DNA of 52,829 bases. It comes from an uncultured Alphaproteobacteria bacterium (GTDB lineage: Bacteria; Pseudomonadota; Alphaproteobacteria; JAJFIK01). The stretch spans positions 1 through 52,829 of the forward strand of contig CAYUYV010000012.1 of NCBI GenBank assembly GCA_964449455.1. The letters are read 5' to 3'. How positions within the stretch are numbered: position 1 is the first letter of the stretch; every line of letters starts with the position of its first letter. A program made the position numbers and the translations under genes. The notes under the pieces were generated by a model, which saw only the letters and a list, made by a program, of their open reading frames with translations, was not told the DNA's origin and made no database searches. This document shows positions 1 to 7,986 of the stretch, piece after piece.

Positions 1-1075
1 TATGGGGCTCCTTGCCGAAGAAGTTCTTCACCAGTTCCTGGATCTTCGGCATGCGGGTCATGCCGCCCACCAGAACCACTTCGTCGATTTCGCTCGCGGA
101 CAGGCCGGCATCTTTGAGGGCCGACTTGCATGGACCTTCCGTGCGCTTCACCAGGTCTTCGACCAGGGCCTCAAGCTTGGCCCGGGAGAGTTTCATGTTC
201 AGGTGCTTGGGCCCGGACTGGTCCGCCGTGATGAAGGGCAGATTGATCTCGGTCTGGGTCGCGGAGGACAGTTCGATCTTGGCTTTCTCGGCAGCCTCTT
301 TCAGGCGCTGGAGGGCCAGACGGTCCTTGCGCAGATCAATGCCCTGTTCCTTTTTGAACTCCTGGGCGAAGTAATCGAGGATGCGCATGTCGAAATCTTC
401 ACCGCCCAGGAAGGTGTCCCCGTTGGTGGACTTCACTTCAAACACGCCGTCGCCGATTTCGAGGATCGAAACGTCGAAGGTACCGCCGCCCAGGTCATAA
501 ACGGCGATCGTGCGGCCATCCTTTTTGTCGAGGCCATAGGCGAGGGCTGCTGCGGTGGGCTCGTTGATGATGCGCAGCACTTCAAGACCGGCGATCTTGC
601 CGGCGTCTTTCGTGGCCTGGCGCTGGGCGTCGTTGAAGTAAGCGGGCACGGTGATCACGGCCTGGGTGACTTCATTGCCCAGATAGCTTTCGGCGGTTTC
701 CTTCATTTTCTGAAGGATGAAAGCGGAGATTTCGGATGGCGCGTAGGATTTGTCCTCGCGGCCTTCAACCCAGGCATCGCCATTTTGGGCCTTGACGATC
801 TTGTAAGGCACCATGTCCACGTCCTTTTGGACGGTGGGGTCGTCGAAGACACGGCCGATCAGGCGTTTGATGGCAAAGAATGTGTGCTCGGGATTGGTCA
901 CGGCCTGGCGCTTGGCCGGCTGGCCGATCAGGCGCTCGCCGTCTTCGGTGAAGGCCACCATGGACGGGGTCGTCCGTGCGCCTTCCGCGTTTTCAATCAC
1001 CTTAGCCTGGCTACCGTCCATGATGGCAACGCAGCTGTTGGTCGTGCCCAGATCGATCCCGATAACTTTCGACAT
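1..1075 (-). CDS. dnaK: Molecular chaperone DnaK (Hsp70), N-terminal ~358 codons; the 3' end runs off the window
   Basis: Absent from the ORF track because there is no in-window stop. The reverse complement from the ATG at 1075-1073 reads [75 protein letters not shown]... and continues through ...[36 protein letters not shown]..., which is unmistakably Hsp70. Confidence 0.97.
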   Translation of the reverse strand, partial: MSKVIGIDLGTTNSCVAIMDGSQAKVIENAEGARTTPSMVAFTEDGERLIGQPAKRQAVTNPEHTFFAIKRLIGRVFDDPTVQKDVDMVPYKIVKAQNGDAWVEGREDKSYAPSEISAFILQKMKETAESYLGNEVTQAVITVPAYFNDAQRQATKDAGKIAGLEVLRIINEPTAAALAYGLDKKDGRTIAVYDLGGGTFDVSILEIGDGVFEVKSTNGDTFLGGEDFDMRILDYFAQEFKKEQGIDLRKDRLALQRLKEAAEKAKIELSSATQTEINLPFITADQSGPKHLNMKLSRAKLEALVEDLVKRTEGPCKSALKDAGLSASEIDEVVLVGGMTRMPKIQELVKNFFGKEPH

Positions 1076-1286
1076 GGTCTCTTCAATTCCCTCTGGCAGG
1101 TCCCACCAGGCCCTAAGGCACCCGGCGCGATCCCCTTGATCACTGATTGTCTTTCAGACTCGCACCCCGTGCGGGATGACCGATTGCGGACGCTGGTCTT
1201 GGTCTGGCGACAGGGATCAAATAGGGCTCCCTCCGCCAGTCCTGATTTCGAATCGCCCAGCCCCACCGCATCACGGTTCCGACCGG

Positions 1287-1315
1287 ATATAAGAAGAGCA
1301 TGCAAAACCCGCAAG
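1287..1315 (-). promoter_or_regulatory. Candidate sigma32 (RpoH)-type heat-shock promoter for dnaK
   Basis: On the minus strand: CTTG (1315-1312), an 18-nt spacer, then CTTATAT (1293-1287). This fits the alphaproteobacterial RpoH consensus as I recall it (CTTG-N17/18-CYTATNT). It lies about 210 nt upstream of the dnaK ATG. Confidence 0.4.
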
Positions 1316-1348
1316 CGCGGATTGCCCGCCAGGAGGTGGAAGGCCCGT

Positions 1349-3403
1349 TCAGATATCCGTCGCGCTAGGGTCTTCGCCTCCCAATTCCTCAAAGCTTGCA
1401 TCAACTTTGAGGGAGGCCAACCGTTTACGCTGTACGGCGGCCTGACCTGCAACCCGGACAACAAGGGCCTGGAAGCGCTCACTATCCCACAGGCTTTTGA
1501 AGTAGGGATGCTTTTTAAGGGAGCCAGGCATGAGGCCGCAGATCGGGTCGGAAATACGCACCAGACCCTGTTCGACGGCGGCTTCCAACGTGTCGAGGGC
1601 GGCCTGTGTCCGGCCGCCGACAGCCTGGGACGCGGCCCGTCCCATCTTTTTGCACAGGAGATCAAAGACGGGCTCCTGGCGGGTCCAACTGGCTTCAAGG
1701 GCGAGGCTTAGCCTTTCTGCCTGAGCTGTCTTGCCCTGAAGTCCGAGGGCATGCGCCGCCATGAGCGCGAGGGCCTTGCTCAATTTGCCCTTCATGGGCG
1801 GCGTATCGGCTTCCAGAAGGCGGGGATCTATCGCCCTGACATGGGACAAGACTGCGCCCGGCTGGTTCTGAAGAACGCCCATCATGGCCTGCCACAGGTT
1901 GACCCGGGAGGGTTTGAATTCTTCCTTTCTGCGCTCAAGAAGCATGGCAGCGGCCTCCAGATTGCCAGTGAGGACCATCTTGGACAACTGCGCTTCGACG
2001 TTTCCGGGCATTTTAAGGAGGATGCGGTCATAGGTGGCAATGGCGTCGTCAACTGCGCCAAGGGCTTCCTGATGGGACGCCAGGTTGAACAGGCCCAAAA
2101 TGTCAGCGCCAAGACTGATAGCCTTTCGGGTATAGTGGATGGCGCTGTCCTCGCGTCCGACATTGGACTCAAAAGCGGCTGCGGCAAAATAGCCGTCAGG
2201 GCTGTCCGGGTAGAGATCGATGAGCTGGCGCAGCAGTGCGCGCGCTTCCCCAAACCGGCCAAGGGAGGTGAGTGTGCCGGCTGCATTGCGCAGTCCCCGC
2301 TGGAACAAGGGGTCGATTTCCAGTAGATTTTCGAACTGTTCGTGGGCGGCGAGAATGTCATTCTCGACATTCATCAGTAGGATGCCATACCAGAGCCGTG
2401 CTTCCACATGGCGCGGGTCAAGCCGGATTGCCTGTTTCAAGGAGGCCTTTGCGGTGACCATCATGGTCTCCTCGCGCGGCCCGAAGGCCGGCGCTGTCAG
2501 GACGTCGTCAAGGTAAAGCAGACCGCGCGCCGCATAGGCGGTTGCGCAGCTCGGATCGATGCTCAGTGCACGGTCAATCAGCAGGCGTGCCTCATCCCCG
2601 GTAGTGTCCCCGGTCCGGCCATTCTTGATTGAGCTGTCCCTGAGGAGAAGCTTTGCCGATGCCAGATGGGCGAGCACTTCGGCTTGTCTCGGTTCAGCGG
2701 CAAGGGACCGTTCAAACAGATCGATGGCCGCCGCGATATTGTCCGTACCGCGCAAGCGAAGGCGCGCAAGGCCGATCAGGAACAGCCGCCTTGCTTGAGG
2801 GTCGACATTCTCAGCTTCCGGCAGGCTCTGGCGCAGAGCGTCCTCTTCGGCCGGGCCTTCGCCTTCGCCGATGAGCTGGCCTTTCAGCAAGGAGGCCACT
2901 TTGACTGCGATGGTGCGTTGGATATCGAGGGTGTTCTCCGCAACCCGGTCATAGGTTGCCGACCACAGATTGAAGCCCGTATCGGCCTCTATAAGCTGGG
3001 TCGTGATGCGCAAACGATCATCGGCGCGGCGCACACTGCCTTCGAGCACATAGCGCACATTCAGGCGCTGGGCGATGGTGCGGACATCCTCACCGCGGCC
3101 CTTGTAATAAAAGACCGACGTGCGGCCGACGACACGCAGACCGGGGACTCGGGCAAGATTGTTCAGAACGTCTTCGGTCAAACCGTCGGCGAAATAGCCG
3201 TCTTCCTGCTCATCGGAAAAACTCGCGAACGGCAGCACAGCGATGGAATTGGCCTCCGACCCCCGTTGGGGCATGAGGCTCGCCGTGATGGGCCCCTCGG
3301 CCCGTATGAATGTTGAGGGCACTTTTCCAGCCGCCATGATGGCAATGCCAATAACAACCCCCATCACCACAAGATCAATTAAAAAAGCCTGTGCGGGCAT
3401 CAT
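1349..3403 (-). CDS. Membrane-anchored TolB_N-like domain + tetratricopeptide-repeat (TPR) protein; C-terminal body of an apparently split gene
   Basis: ORF 1349..3469. The track start at 3469 is a TTG; the first ATG pair is at 3403/3400. It has one TM segment (LIDLVVMGVVIGIAIMAAG), then SIAVLPFASFSDEQEDGYFADGLTEDVLNNLARVPGLRVVGRTS...YVLEGSVRR..LRITTQLI, a TolB-amino-terminal-like module, then a long run of TPR-like helices. Confidence 0.8.
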   Translation of the reverse strand: MMPAQAFLIDLVVMGVVIGIAIMAAGKVPSTFIRAEGPITASLMPQRGSEANSIAVLPFASFSDEQEDGYFADGLTEDVLNNLARVPGLRVVGRTSVFYYKGRGEDVRTIAQRLNVRYVLEGSVRRADDRLRITTQLIEADTGFNLWSATYDRVAENTLDIQRTIAVKVASLLKGQLIGEGEGPAEEDALRQSLPEAENVDPQARRLFLIGLARLRLRGTDNIAAAIDLFERSLAAEPRQAEVLAHLASAKLLLRDSSIKNGRTGDTTGDEARLLIDRALSIDPSCATAYAARGLLYLDDVLTAPAFGPREETMMVTAKASLKQAIRLDPRHVEARLWYGILLMNVENDILAAHEQFENLLEIDPLFQRGLRNAAGTLTSLGRFGEARALLRQLIDLYPDSPDGYFAAAAFESNVGREDSAIHYTRKAISLGADILGLFNLASHQEALGAVDDAIATYDRILLKMPGNVEAQLSKMVLTGNLEAAAMLLERRKEEFKPSRVNLWQAMMGVLQNQPGAVLSHVRAIDPRLLEADTPPMKGKLSKALALMAAHALGLQGKTAQAERLSLALEASWTRQEPVFDLLCKKMGRAASQAVGGRTQAALDTLEAAVEQGLVRISDPICGLMPGSLKKHPYFKSLWDSERFQALVVRVAGQAAVQRKRLASLKVDASFEELGGEDPSATDI

Positions 3404-3626
3404 CAAGGGACACGGCGCGGGCCCGGCCCATGAGCCAGGTTGCGGCGAGAGCGGCCGGCATACCGACAATCGTCAGCAGGATAACCAGGCGCAGGGTCTC
3501 GTCGGGCAGCTCAAAGGCAGGAAGCAGGACCGAGGCGACCTGAATGACCAGCCAGGCGATGACGACATAGGCGGTCGTGGCGCGAAGCAATGGTCTTTGC
3601 CAAAGCTGCTCCCAAACCTGTCTCAT
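3375..3626 (-). CDS. 84-codon double-TM fragment; probable detached N-terminus of the downstream TPR protein
   Basis: In-frame ATG at 3626 within ORF 3375..4019. Product: MRQVWEQLWQRPLLRATTAYVVIAWLVIQVASVLLPAFELPDETLRLVILLTIVGMPAALAATWLM.... This resembles the N-terminal membrane module usually fused to TolB_N/TPR proteins. The upstream 131 codons of the track ORF look spurious. Confidence 0.55.
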   Translation of the reverse strand: MRQVWEQLWQRPLLRATTAYVVIAWLVIQVASVLLPAFELPDETLRLVILLTIVGMPAALAATWLMGRARAVSLDDARTGFFN

Positions 3627-3800
3627 AAGGCCATTCCCCTTTGCCTTTGTCCGGTTGCCGCATTGCGCCATGGCAGATGGTTCATGTCCGGACCTGCAAG
3701 ACAATCGTGGCGGTTTGCGGACCCCAAGTGCCAGCGATCGCGAAAAACCTGTGGGCAACGCTTTGAAGGCGGCGCAGACCATAAGCGGAAAGGACTGCCA

Positions 3801-4466
3801 ATGACCATCAAAGTGAACGGCTTTCTCATCTATCCGGACGCCCTGGATCGGACCGATCAGGAGGCACTTCTCACGGCGATCCGCTCCGTGCTCGCCGATG
3901 CGCCGCTTTATCGACCGGCCATGCCGCGCACGGCCCAGCCCTATTCCGCCCTGATGAGCAATTGCGGACCCTTTGGCTGGGTCTCCGATCGGACCGGATA
4001 TCGCTACCAGGATCGCCATCCTGAGACGGGGCGTGCTTGGCCCGCAATGCCAAAGGCCTTTCTGTCGCTCTGGGATGCCTATGCCGCGTGTGCCGCCCAG
4101 CCCGAAGCGGCGTTGATCAATTACTATGCCGCCTCAGCCAAACTGGGACTGCATGTGGACTCAACGGAGGAGGACCGGGACGCGCCAGTTCTGTCCGTAT
4201 CGCTGGGCGACACGGCGGTGTTCCGCATGGGCGGGGCCCGCCGCAAGGACCCCACGCGCTCGGTTCGTCTCACCTCGGGGACCGTGGTCGTCATGGGCGG
4301 GGCGGCCCGCCTCGCCTATCACGGGGTGGACCGCATCCTGGCCGGCTCCTCCCGCCTTCTTGAGGAAGGCGGGCGCCTCAGCGTGACTTTGCGCCGGGTC
4401 ACACGCTGGTCTGAGGCACCGGAGCCTTCCGGCGGCCCCGCCGGACCGACTTTGCCCAAAGATTGA
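3801..4466 (+). CDS. alkB: Alpha-ketoglutarate/Fe(II)-dependent DNA/RNA demethylase AlkB
   Basis: Internal ATG at 3801 of ORF 3243..4466. It carries the HxD motif (LGLHVDSTEED), a distal His (LAYHGV) and RLSVTLRRV (the RxSxTxR motif). The first 186 codons of the track ORF are antisense to the neighbouring gene and were discarded. Confidence 0.9.
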   Translation: MTIKVNGFLIYPDALDRTDQEALLTAIRSVLADAPLYRPAMPRTAQPYSALMSNCGPFGWVSDRTGYRYQDRHPETGRAWPAMPKAFLSLWDAYAACAAQPEAALINYYAASAKLGLHVDSTEEDRDAPVLSVSLGDTAVFRMGGARRKDPTRSVRLTSGTVVVMGGAARLAYHGVDRILAGSSRLLEEGGRLSVTLRRVTRWSEAPEPSGGPAGPTLPKD

Positions 4467-5142
4467 GCACCTCCACTATCAGCGAGAAGCCGATCGCGAA
4501 ATAGAGATAGCCGCGGGGCATGTGGAAGCCGATGCCATCGGCCACCAGCGCCATGCCGATCAGCAGCAGGAAGCTCAGGGCCAGCATTTTCGTGGTTGGG
4601 TGTTTGTGGATGAAGTCGCTGACCGGGCCAGCGGCGGCCATCATCACGACAATGGCGCTGGCCACCGCCGCGATCATGACACCCACATTGTCGGTCAGAC
4701 CCACGGCCGTGATCACGCTGTCGAGGGAAAACACCACATCGAGGGCCATGATCTGAAGAATAATGATGCCAAAGACGGCCTTAGACCCATCGCCATGGCT
4801 CTCCTCGCCGCCTTCGATGGTCTCATGGATCTCCATGGTGCCTTTGGCAAGCAGGAACATGCCCCCACCAATCAAGATCAGGTCACGCCAGGACACCTCA
4901 TGGCCCCAAAGCGTGAAAATCGGCTTGGTGAGGCCGATAATCCAAACAATCGAAAACAGCAGCGCCACGCGCATCAAAAGGGCGCCGGTGAGGCCGATGA
5001 AGCGGGCTCTCGCCTGCTGCTCCTCTGGCAGCTTTGAGGCAACGACGGAAATGAAAATCACATTGTCGATGCCAAGAATGATCTCCAGAAAGGCGAGCGT
5101 CAGGAAGCTCAGGGCAAGCTGAGGATCGAGCAACTGTTCCAT
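4399..5142 (-). CDS. TerC-family integral membrane protein
   Basis: ATG at 5142 (MEQLLDPQLALSFLTLAFLEIILGIDNVIFISVV...), multiple TM helices, and the repeated TerC signature (second half ...ALDVVFSLDSVITAVG...). Confidence 0.88.
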   Translation of the reverse strand: MEQLLDPQLALSFLTLAFLEIILGIDNVIFISVVASKLPEEQQARARFIGLTGALLMRVALLFSIVWIIGLTKPIFTLWGHEVSWRDLILIGGGMFLLAKGTMEIHETIEGGEESHGDGSKAVFGIIILQIMALDVVFSLDSVITAVGLTDNVGVMIAAVASAIVVMMAAAGPVSDFIHKHPTTKMLALSFLLLIGMALVADGIGFHMPRGYLYFAIGFSLIVEVLNLWAKSVRRGRRKAPVPQTSV

Positions 5143-5392
5143 GGGGGGCCTCTCGATGGCGATGGGCGGTGGATGGAAGCCGGCGCACCGTTTTTGCCCG
5201 GCATAGCCGTGCGGCCCCGGGTCATTAACCACAACACGATAGCATGGGCCTATGCTGGTTGCGATGACGCAACGCCAAGGTGCCGCGAAGGGCTTGCGTT
5301 CCCTGGGTCTTTCGACGAAAGATAAGGGGCGGCGGCCGTTGTCGCCGGGGCGTATCGCCTGGGGGCCATGTCAGATAGAGGGTGGTGGGACC

Positions 5393-5818
5393 GTGAAGCG
5401 CAGACGTTCAGGTATGGTCGAGGACTCCAATGTCGACCTGACACCCATGCTCGATGTGGTGTTCATTCTGCTCATCTTCTTCATCGTGACGGCGACCTTT
5501 GTGCGCGAGCGCGGCATCGACGTGCTGCGTCCTGACAACAACGAAGATCAGCAAGAAGCCCAGAATGTCTTTCCCATACTGGTGTTCATCAACAGCCAGA
5601 ACGACATTCAGCTCAACGACCCGCGGACCGGCGAGCCGCGCACGATCGATATCCGCAGTGTGCGGGCGAATATCGAACGCCTGCGCGTTGACAATCCCAA
5701 AGGTCCTGTTGTGATCCAGGCGGAGCCGGAAGCTGATATGGGCATTACCATCCAGGTGCTCGACCAGGCGCGCCTCGCCAACGCACCATCCGTGACGATT
5801 TCCACGGTGGAAGGCTGA
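5393..5818 (+). CDS. exbD: ExbD/TolR-family biopolymer transport protein (orphan)
   Basis: VKRRRSGMVEDSNVDLTPMLDVVFILLIFFIVTATF... shows the typical ExbD N-terminus and single TM segment. The start is either GTG 5393 (preceded by GAGGGTGGTGGGA) or ATG 5414. Confidence 0.85.
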   Translation: MKRRRSGMVEDSNVDLTPMLDVVFILLIFFIVTATFVRERGIDVLRPDNNEDQQEAQNVFPILVFINSQNDIQLNDPRTGEPRTIDIRSVRANIERLRVDNPKGPVVIQAEPEADMGITIQVLDQARLANAPSVTISTVEG

Positions 5819-5863
5819 CGGCAGGCGGGGCAAGCGCCCACGCTCGGATCTCTCCTTCCGTTT

Positions 5864-5897
5864 AAGCCGGTGACAACTATAGTCATCGGCTTTTTTG
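5864..5897 (+). terminator. Rho-independent terminator downstream of exbD
   Basis: aaGCCGGTGAC-aactata-GTCATCGGCtttttt: a 9-bp stem with one G-U pair, followed by a T6 run (5891-5896). Confidence 0.75.
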
Positions 5898-5939
5898 TAT
5901 TCCGGACCCAACCAGGATTGTCAGTAGAGAGAATGGGCT

Positions 5940-5972
5940 GGGTCCCTGCAACGGATTGGGGTCCCTGCAACG
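5940..5972. repeat. Direct repeat GGGTCCCTGCAACG x2 (period 19 bp) in a non-coding region
   Basis: Identical 14-mers at 5940-5953 and 5959-5972. Confidence 0.9.
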
Positions 5973-5981
5973 CGCGAGGCG

Positions 5982-6015
5982 CAGAGCCGAGACCGCATGA
6001 ACAGCCTCGGCTCTG
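5982..6015. repeat. Perfect 10-bp inverted repeat (hairpin) with no U-tract
   Basis: CAGAGCCGAG (5982-5991), a 14-nt spacer, then CTCGGCTCTG (6006-6015). Confidence 0.85.
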
Positions 6016-6163
6016 ATCGGCGAACGGGTCACCGGCTTCAATACGTGACGTCTGCCGCGTCCTGCACAAGCTGGTCCAGATCGTCGGCCCCAAGGCTCAC
6101 CCGGTCGTTCCCGTCCCGGTGGCCAAGCAGGGTGTGCCGTGGCGAGCTAAAGAAAGAAAGCAG

Positions 6164-6415
6164 ATGACCGAGACATCCAGAAAAGACCAGGCAGCGGCAG
6201 CGACCGTGATCGGCTACACGGTGACTGCCGTGCGGATCGCCGCCCTCGTCACGATCGCGGTTGGGTTCTGGATTATTGCCACCAAGGAGACCCTGCGGAT
6301 CGCTGGTGTCCTCATCGTTGTTTTGGGCGTGTTCGACTGGGTGGTCATCCCGCCCATCCTGCGCCGGCGCCTGGAGCGAACGGCGCGCGAGAATGAAGGC
6401 AGCTCCGCCCCCTGA
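6164..6415 (+). CDS. Small hypothetical two-TM membrane protein
   Basis: ATG at 6164 inside ORF 6119..6415. Product: MTETSRKDQAAAATVIGYTVTAVRIAALVTIAVGFWIIA...IAGVLIVVLGVFDWVVIPPIL. No family recognised. Confidence 0.5.
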   Translation: MTETSRKDQAAAATVIGYTVTAVRIAALVTIAVGFWIIATKETLRIAGVLIVVLGVFDWVVIPPILRRRLERTARENEGSSAP

Positions 6416-6442
6416 GCACTGTGCGCCGTGACTTCAAGCGTC

Positions 6443-7156
6443 TCAGAACGGCGGCGTCCAGCCGGGTACGGGGGACACGCCAAACAGATAGCCATGACCG
6501 TAGAACAGGCCGAAAAAGACGGCAAGGGCGGCAAGCCACTGCCACCAGGCAATCTCACCAAGGCCCTTGAGGCTGCTGCGGCCCTGGATAAGCGCCGCAA
6601 ACGGAATATTCGAGGTCTGCTGGGCGTAGAGGGACCAGGCTGGGCCCATGGACCGGGCGCGCTTGGCATCGATCGAGCGCGTACCCTGGAGCGTCAGCAC
6701 GATAAAGCCACCAAACAGGATCAGTGAGGCCAAATCTCCGTTCACGGACAGATGGAAGATGGCCCAGAGCGCCACACCCCACAAAAAGGGGTGGCGGGTG
6801 ATGTGCTGGATGCCCTTGGCCACAGGGTTGGGGATGGCCATGGGGCCGGCCTGCACCGAGGTCACGCTCGGCGTCGTGATGCCGATCACCACGAAAATCG
6901 TGGCAACCAGCATGACCAGGCCACCAAGATGGTAGAGAAGATCCGGGGCCATCCAGAGAAAGGTGTTGTCCGCTGAGACCACCGCCCGATTGTAAAATCG
7001 GATCATCAGAACAATGAGGACCAGCGAGACCACGGAATAAGCGCCCATATAGGGCCCTTCGCCGAGGCGGCGAACCAATGCATCCCGGGCTTTCGTTCCC
7101 GAGATGCCCCAGTGAATACCCACAAAACCGAGTACTGCGAGAACCAAACCGATCAT
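6443..7156 (-). CDS. NnrU-family membrane protein
   Basis: ATG at 7156, preceded by GGGAGGGAG. It carries the family signature ...ITRHPFLWGVALWAIFHLSVNGDLASLILFGGF...SIDAKR. Confidence 0.85.
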   Translation of the reverse strand: MIGLVLAVLGFVGIHWGISGTKARDALVRRLGEGPYMGAYSVVSLVLIVLMIRFYNRAVVSADNTFLWMAPDLLYHLGGLVMLVATIFVVIGITTPSVTSVQAGPMAIPNPVAKGIQHITRHPFLWGVALWAIFHLSVNGDLASLILFGGFIVLTLQGTRSIDAKRARSMGPAWSLYAQQTSNIPFAALIQGRSSLKGLGEIAWWQWLAALAVFFGLFYGHGYLFGVSPVPGWTPPF

Positions 7157-7235
7157 GGCCACTCCCTCCCCAAAAGACACACCTTTTGGCTAGAGCCTCT
7201 CCAATTGGCCTGGAAGGTGCCGTGATCTGGATCAA

Positions 7236-7910
7236 TCAGGCGGTCGTGTTCACAGTCCCACCCGGCTTCGGTGCCTCAGGTTGTGGCGGCGCGCTTTGCG
7301 CCTCATCACTGCCGCCGCCGCCCTCTCCGTCCGCGCCGTCAGACGGTCCACCGGATTGTGCGGGCGCCTCCACATCCTTCGCCACGGTCACCATGGCCGG
7401 ACGCAAGAGGCGATCCTCCATCACATAGCCGATCTGGAAAACCTCGACGACGGTGCCATTGGGTTGGCCTGTTCCCGGCACTTCCGCAACGGCCTGGTGG
7501 CGGTTCGGGTCGAATTTCTCGCCTTTGGAGTCAACGCGGCGGATGCTGTAGCGCTCGAAGCAGGCCAACAGCTCTTTTTCGGTCATCTCGACGCCCGTAA
7601 TGACGTTTTTGACCATGTCAGAGGCGTTGTCCCGTTCCTCCTGGGGGATGGTCTCGATGGCCCGCCGCAGATTGTCGGCCACGGAAAGCAGATCGCGGGC
7701 AAATTTGGTCATACCGAATTTTGCTGCTTCCTGCTTGTCCTTTTCCGCCCGGCGCCGGGTGTTTTCCGCATCCGCCATGGCCCGCAGCAGCTTGTCGCGC
7801 AGCTCGGCGATCTGTTCTTCCGGCGTCTGATTGGGATTGACCGCGCCTGGCTGGGCCTTCGGCTCCGCATCCGGACCGGTCTCAGGGTTTTGGGCGCGCT
7901 CTTCACTCAC
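7236..7910 (-). CDS. grpE: Nucleotide exchange factor GrpE, with a low-complexity C-terminal tail
   Basis: GTG start at 7910. Product includes ...LRDKLLRAMADAENTRRRAEKD...FARDLLSVADNLRRA...FDPNRHQAV...VFQIGYVMEDRLLRPAMVTVAK, followed by about 45 Gly/Asp/Pro-rich residues. Confidence 0.95.
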   Translation of the reverse strand: MSEERAQNPETGPDAEPKAQPGAVNPNQTPEEQIAELRDKLLRAMADAENTRRRAEKDKQEAAKFGMTKFARDLLSVADNLRRAIETIPQEERDNASDMVKNVITGVEMTEKELLACFERYSIRRVDSKGEKFDPNRHQAVAEVPGTGQPNGTVVEVFQIGYVMEDRLLRPAMVTVAKDVEAPAQSGGPSDGADGEGGGGSDEAQSAPPQPEAPKPGGTVNTTA

Positions 7911-7986
7911 GCTGACATCTCCATGTTCTGGGAAGACACTATCAAGAAGCGATCGGGGCTACCTGCTACTTGGACCGGCACGCCTA

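Noticed and set aside
1240-1262. TTCGAATC string resembling a tRNA T-loop.
   Set aside because: The flanking bases do not form a T-stem, and no acceptor, D or anticodon arms can be drawn. I found no tRNA-like cloverleaf anywhere in the window.
2-1711. The longest ORF at the left edge (569 aa, + strand).
   Set aside because: It is the antisense shadow of dnaK, which occupies the - strand from 1075 to 1. Long stop-free antisense frames of Hsp70 genes are a classic artefact. They were historically misread as an NAD-glutamate dehydrogenase and seeded a spurious protein family. The translation is low-complexity (G/A/L/R/D-rich), and the real dnaK reading is unambiguous.
3243-3800. The 5' extension of the alkB ORF. 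Similar upstream extensions occur in track ORFs 32919..34223, 14411..15193, 48975..49811, 25900..27546 and 28880..30439.
   Set aside because: The extensions overlap neighbouring genes or intergenic DNA, lack homology-like sequence, and in each case a good internal ATG/GTG with a Shine-Dalgarno sequence coincides with the start of the conserved domain.
5143-5392. Possible yybP-ykoY (Mn2+) riboswitch upstream of the TerC-family gene.
   Set aside because: TerC-family genes are frequent targets of this riboswitch, but I could not find the conserved GGGGAGUAG / GACAUA-type cores or the four-way junction pattern in the 250-nt leader. An Infernal scan would settle it.
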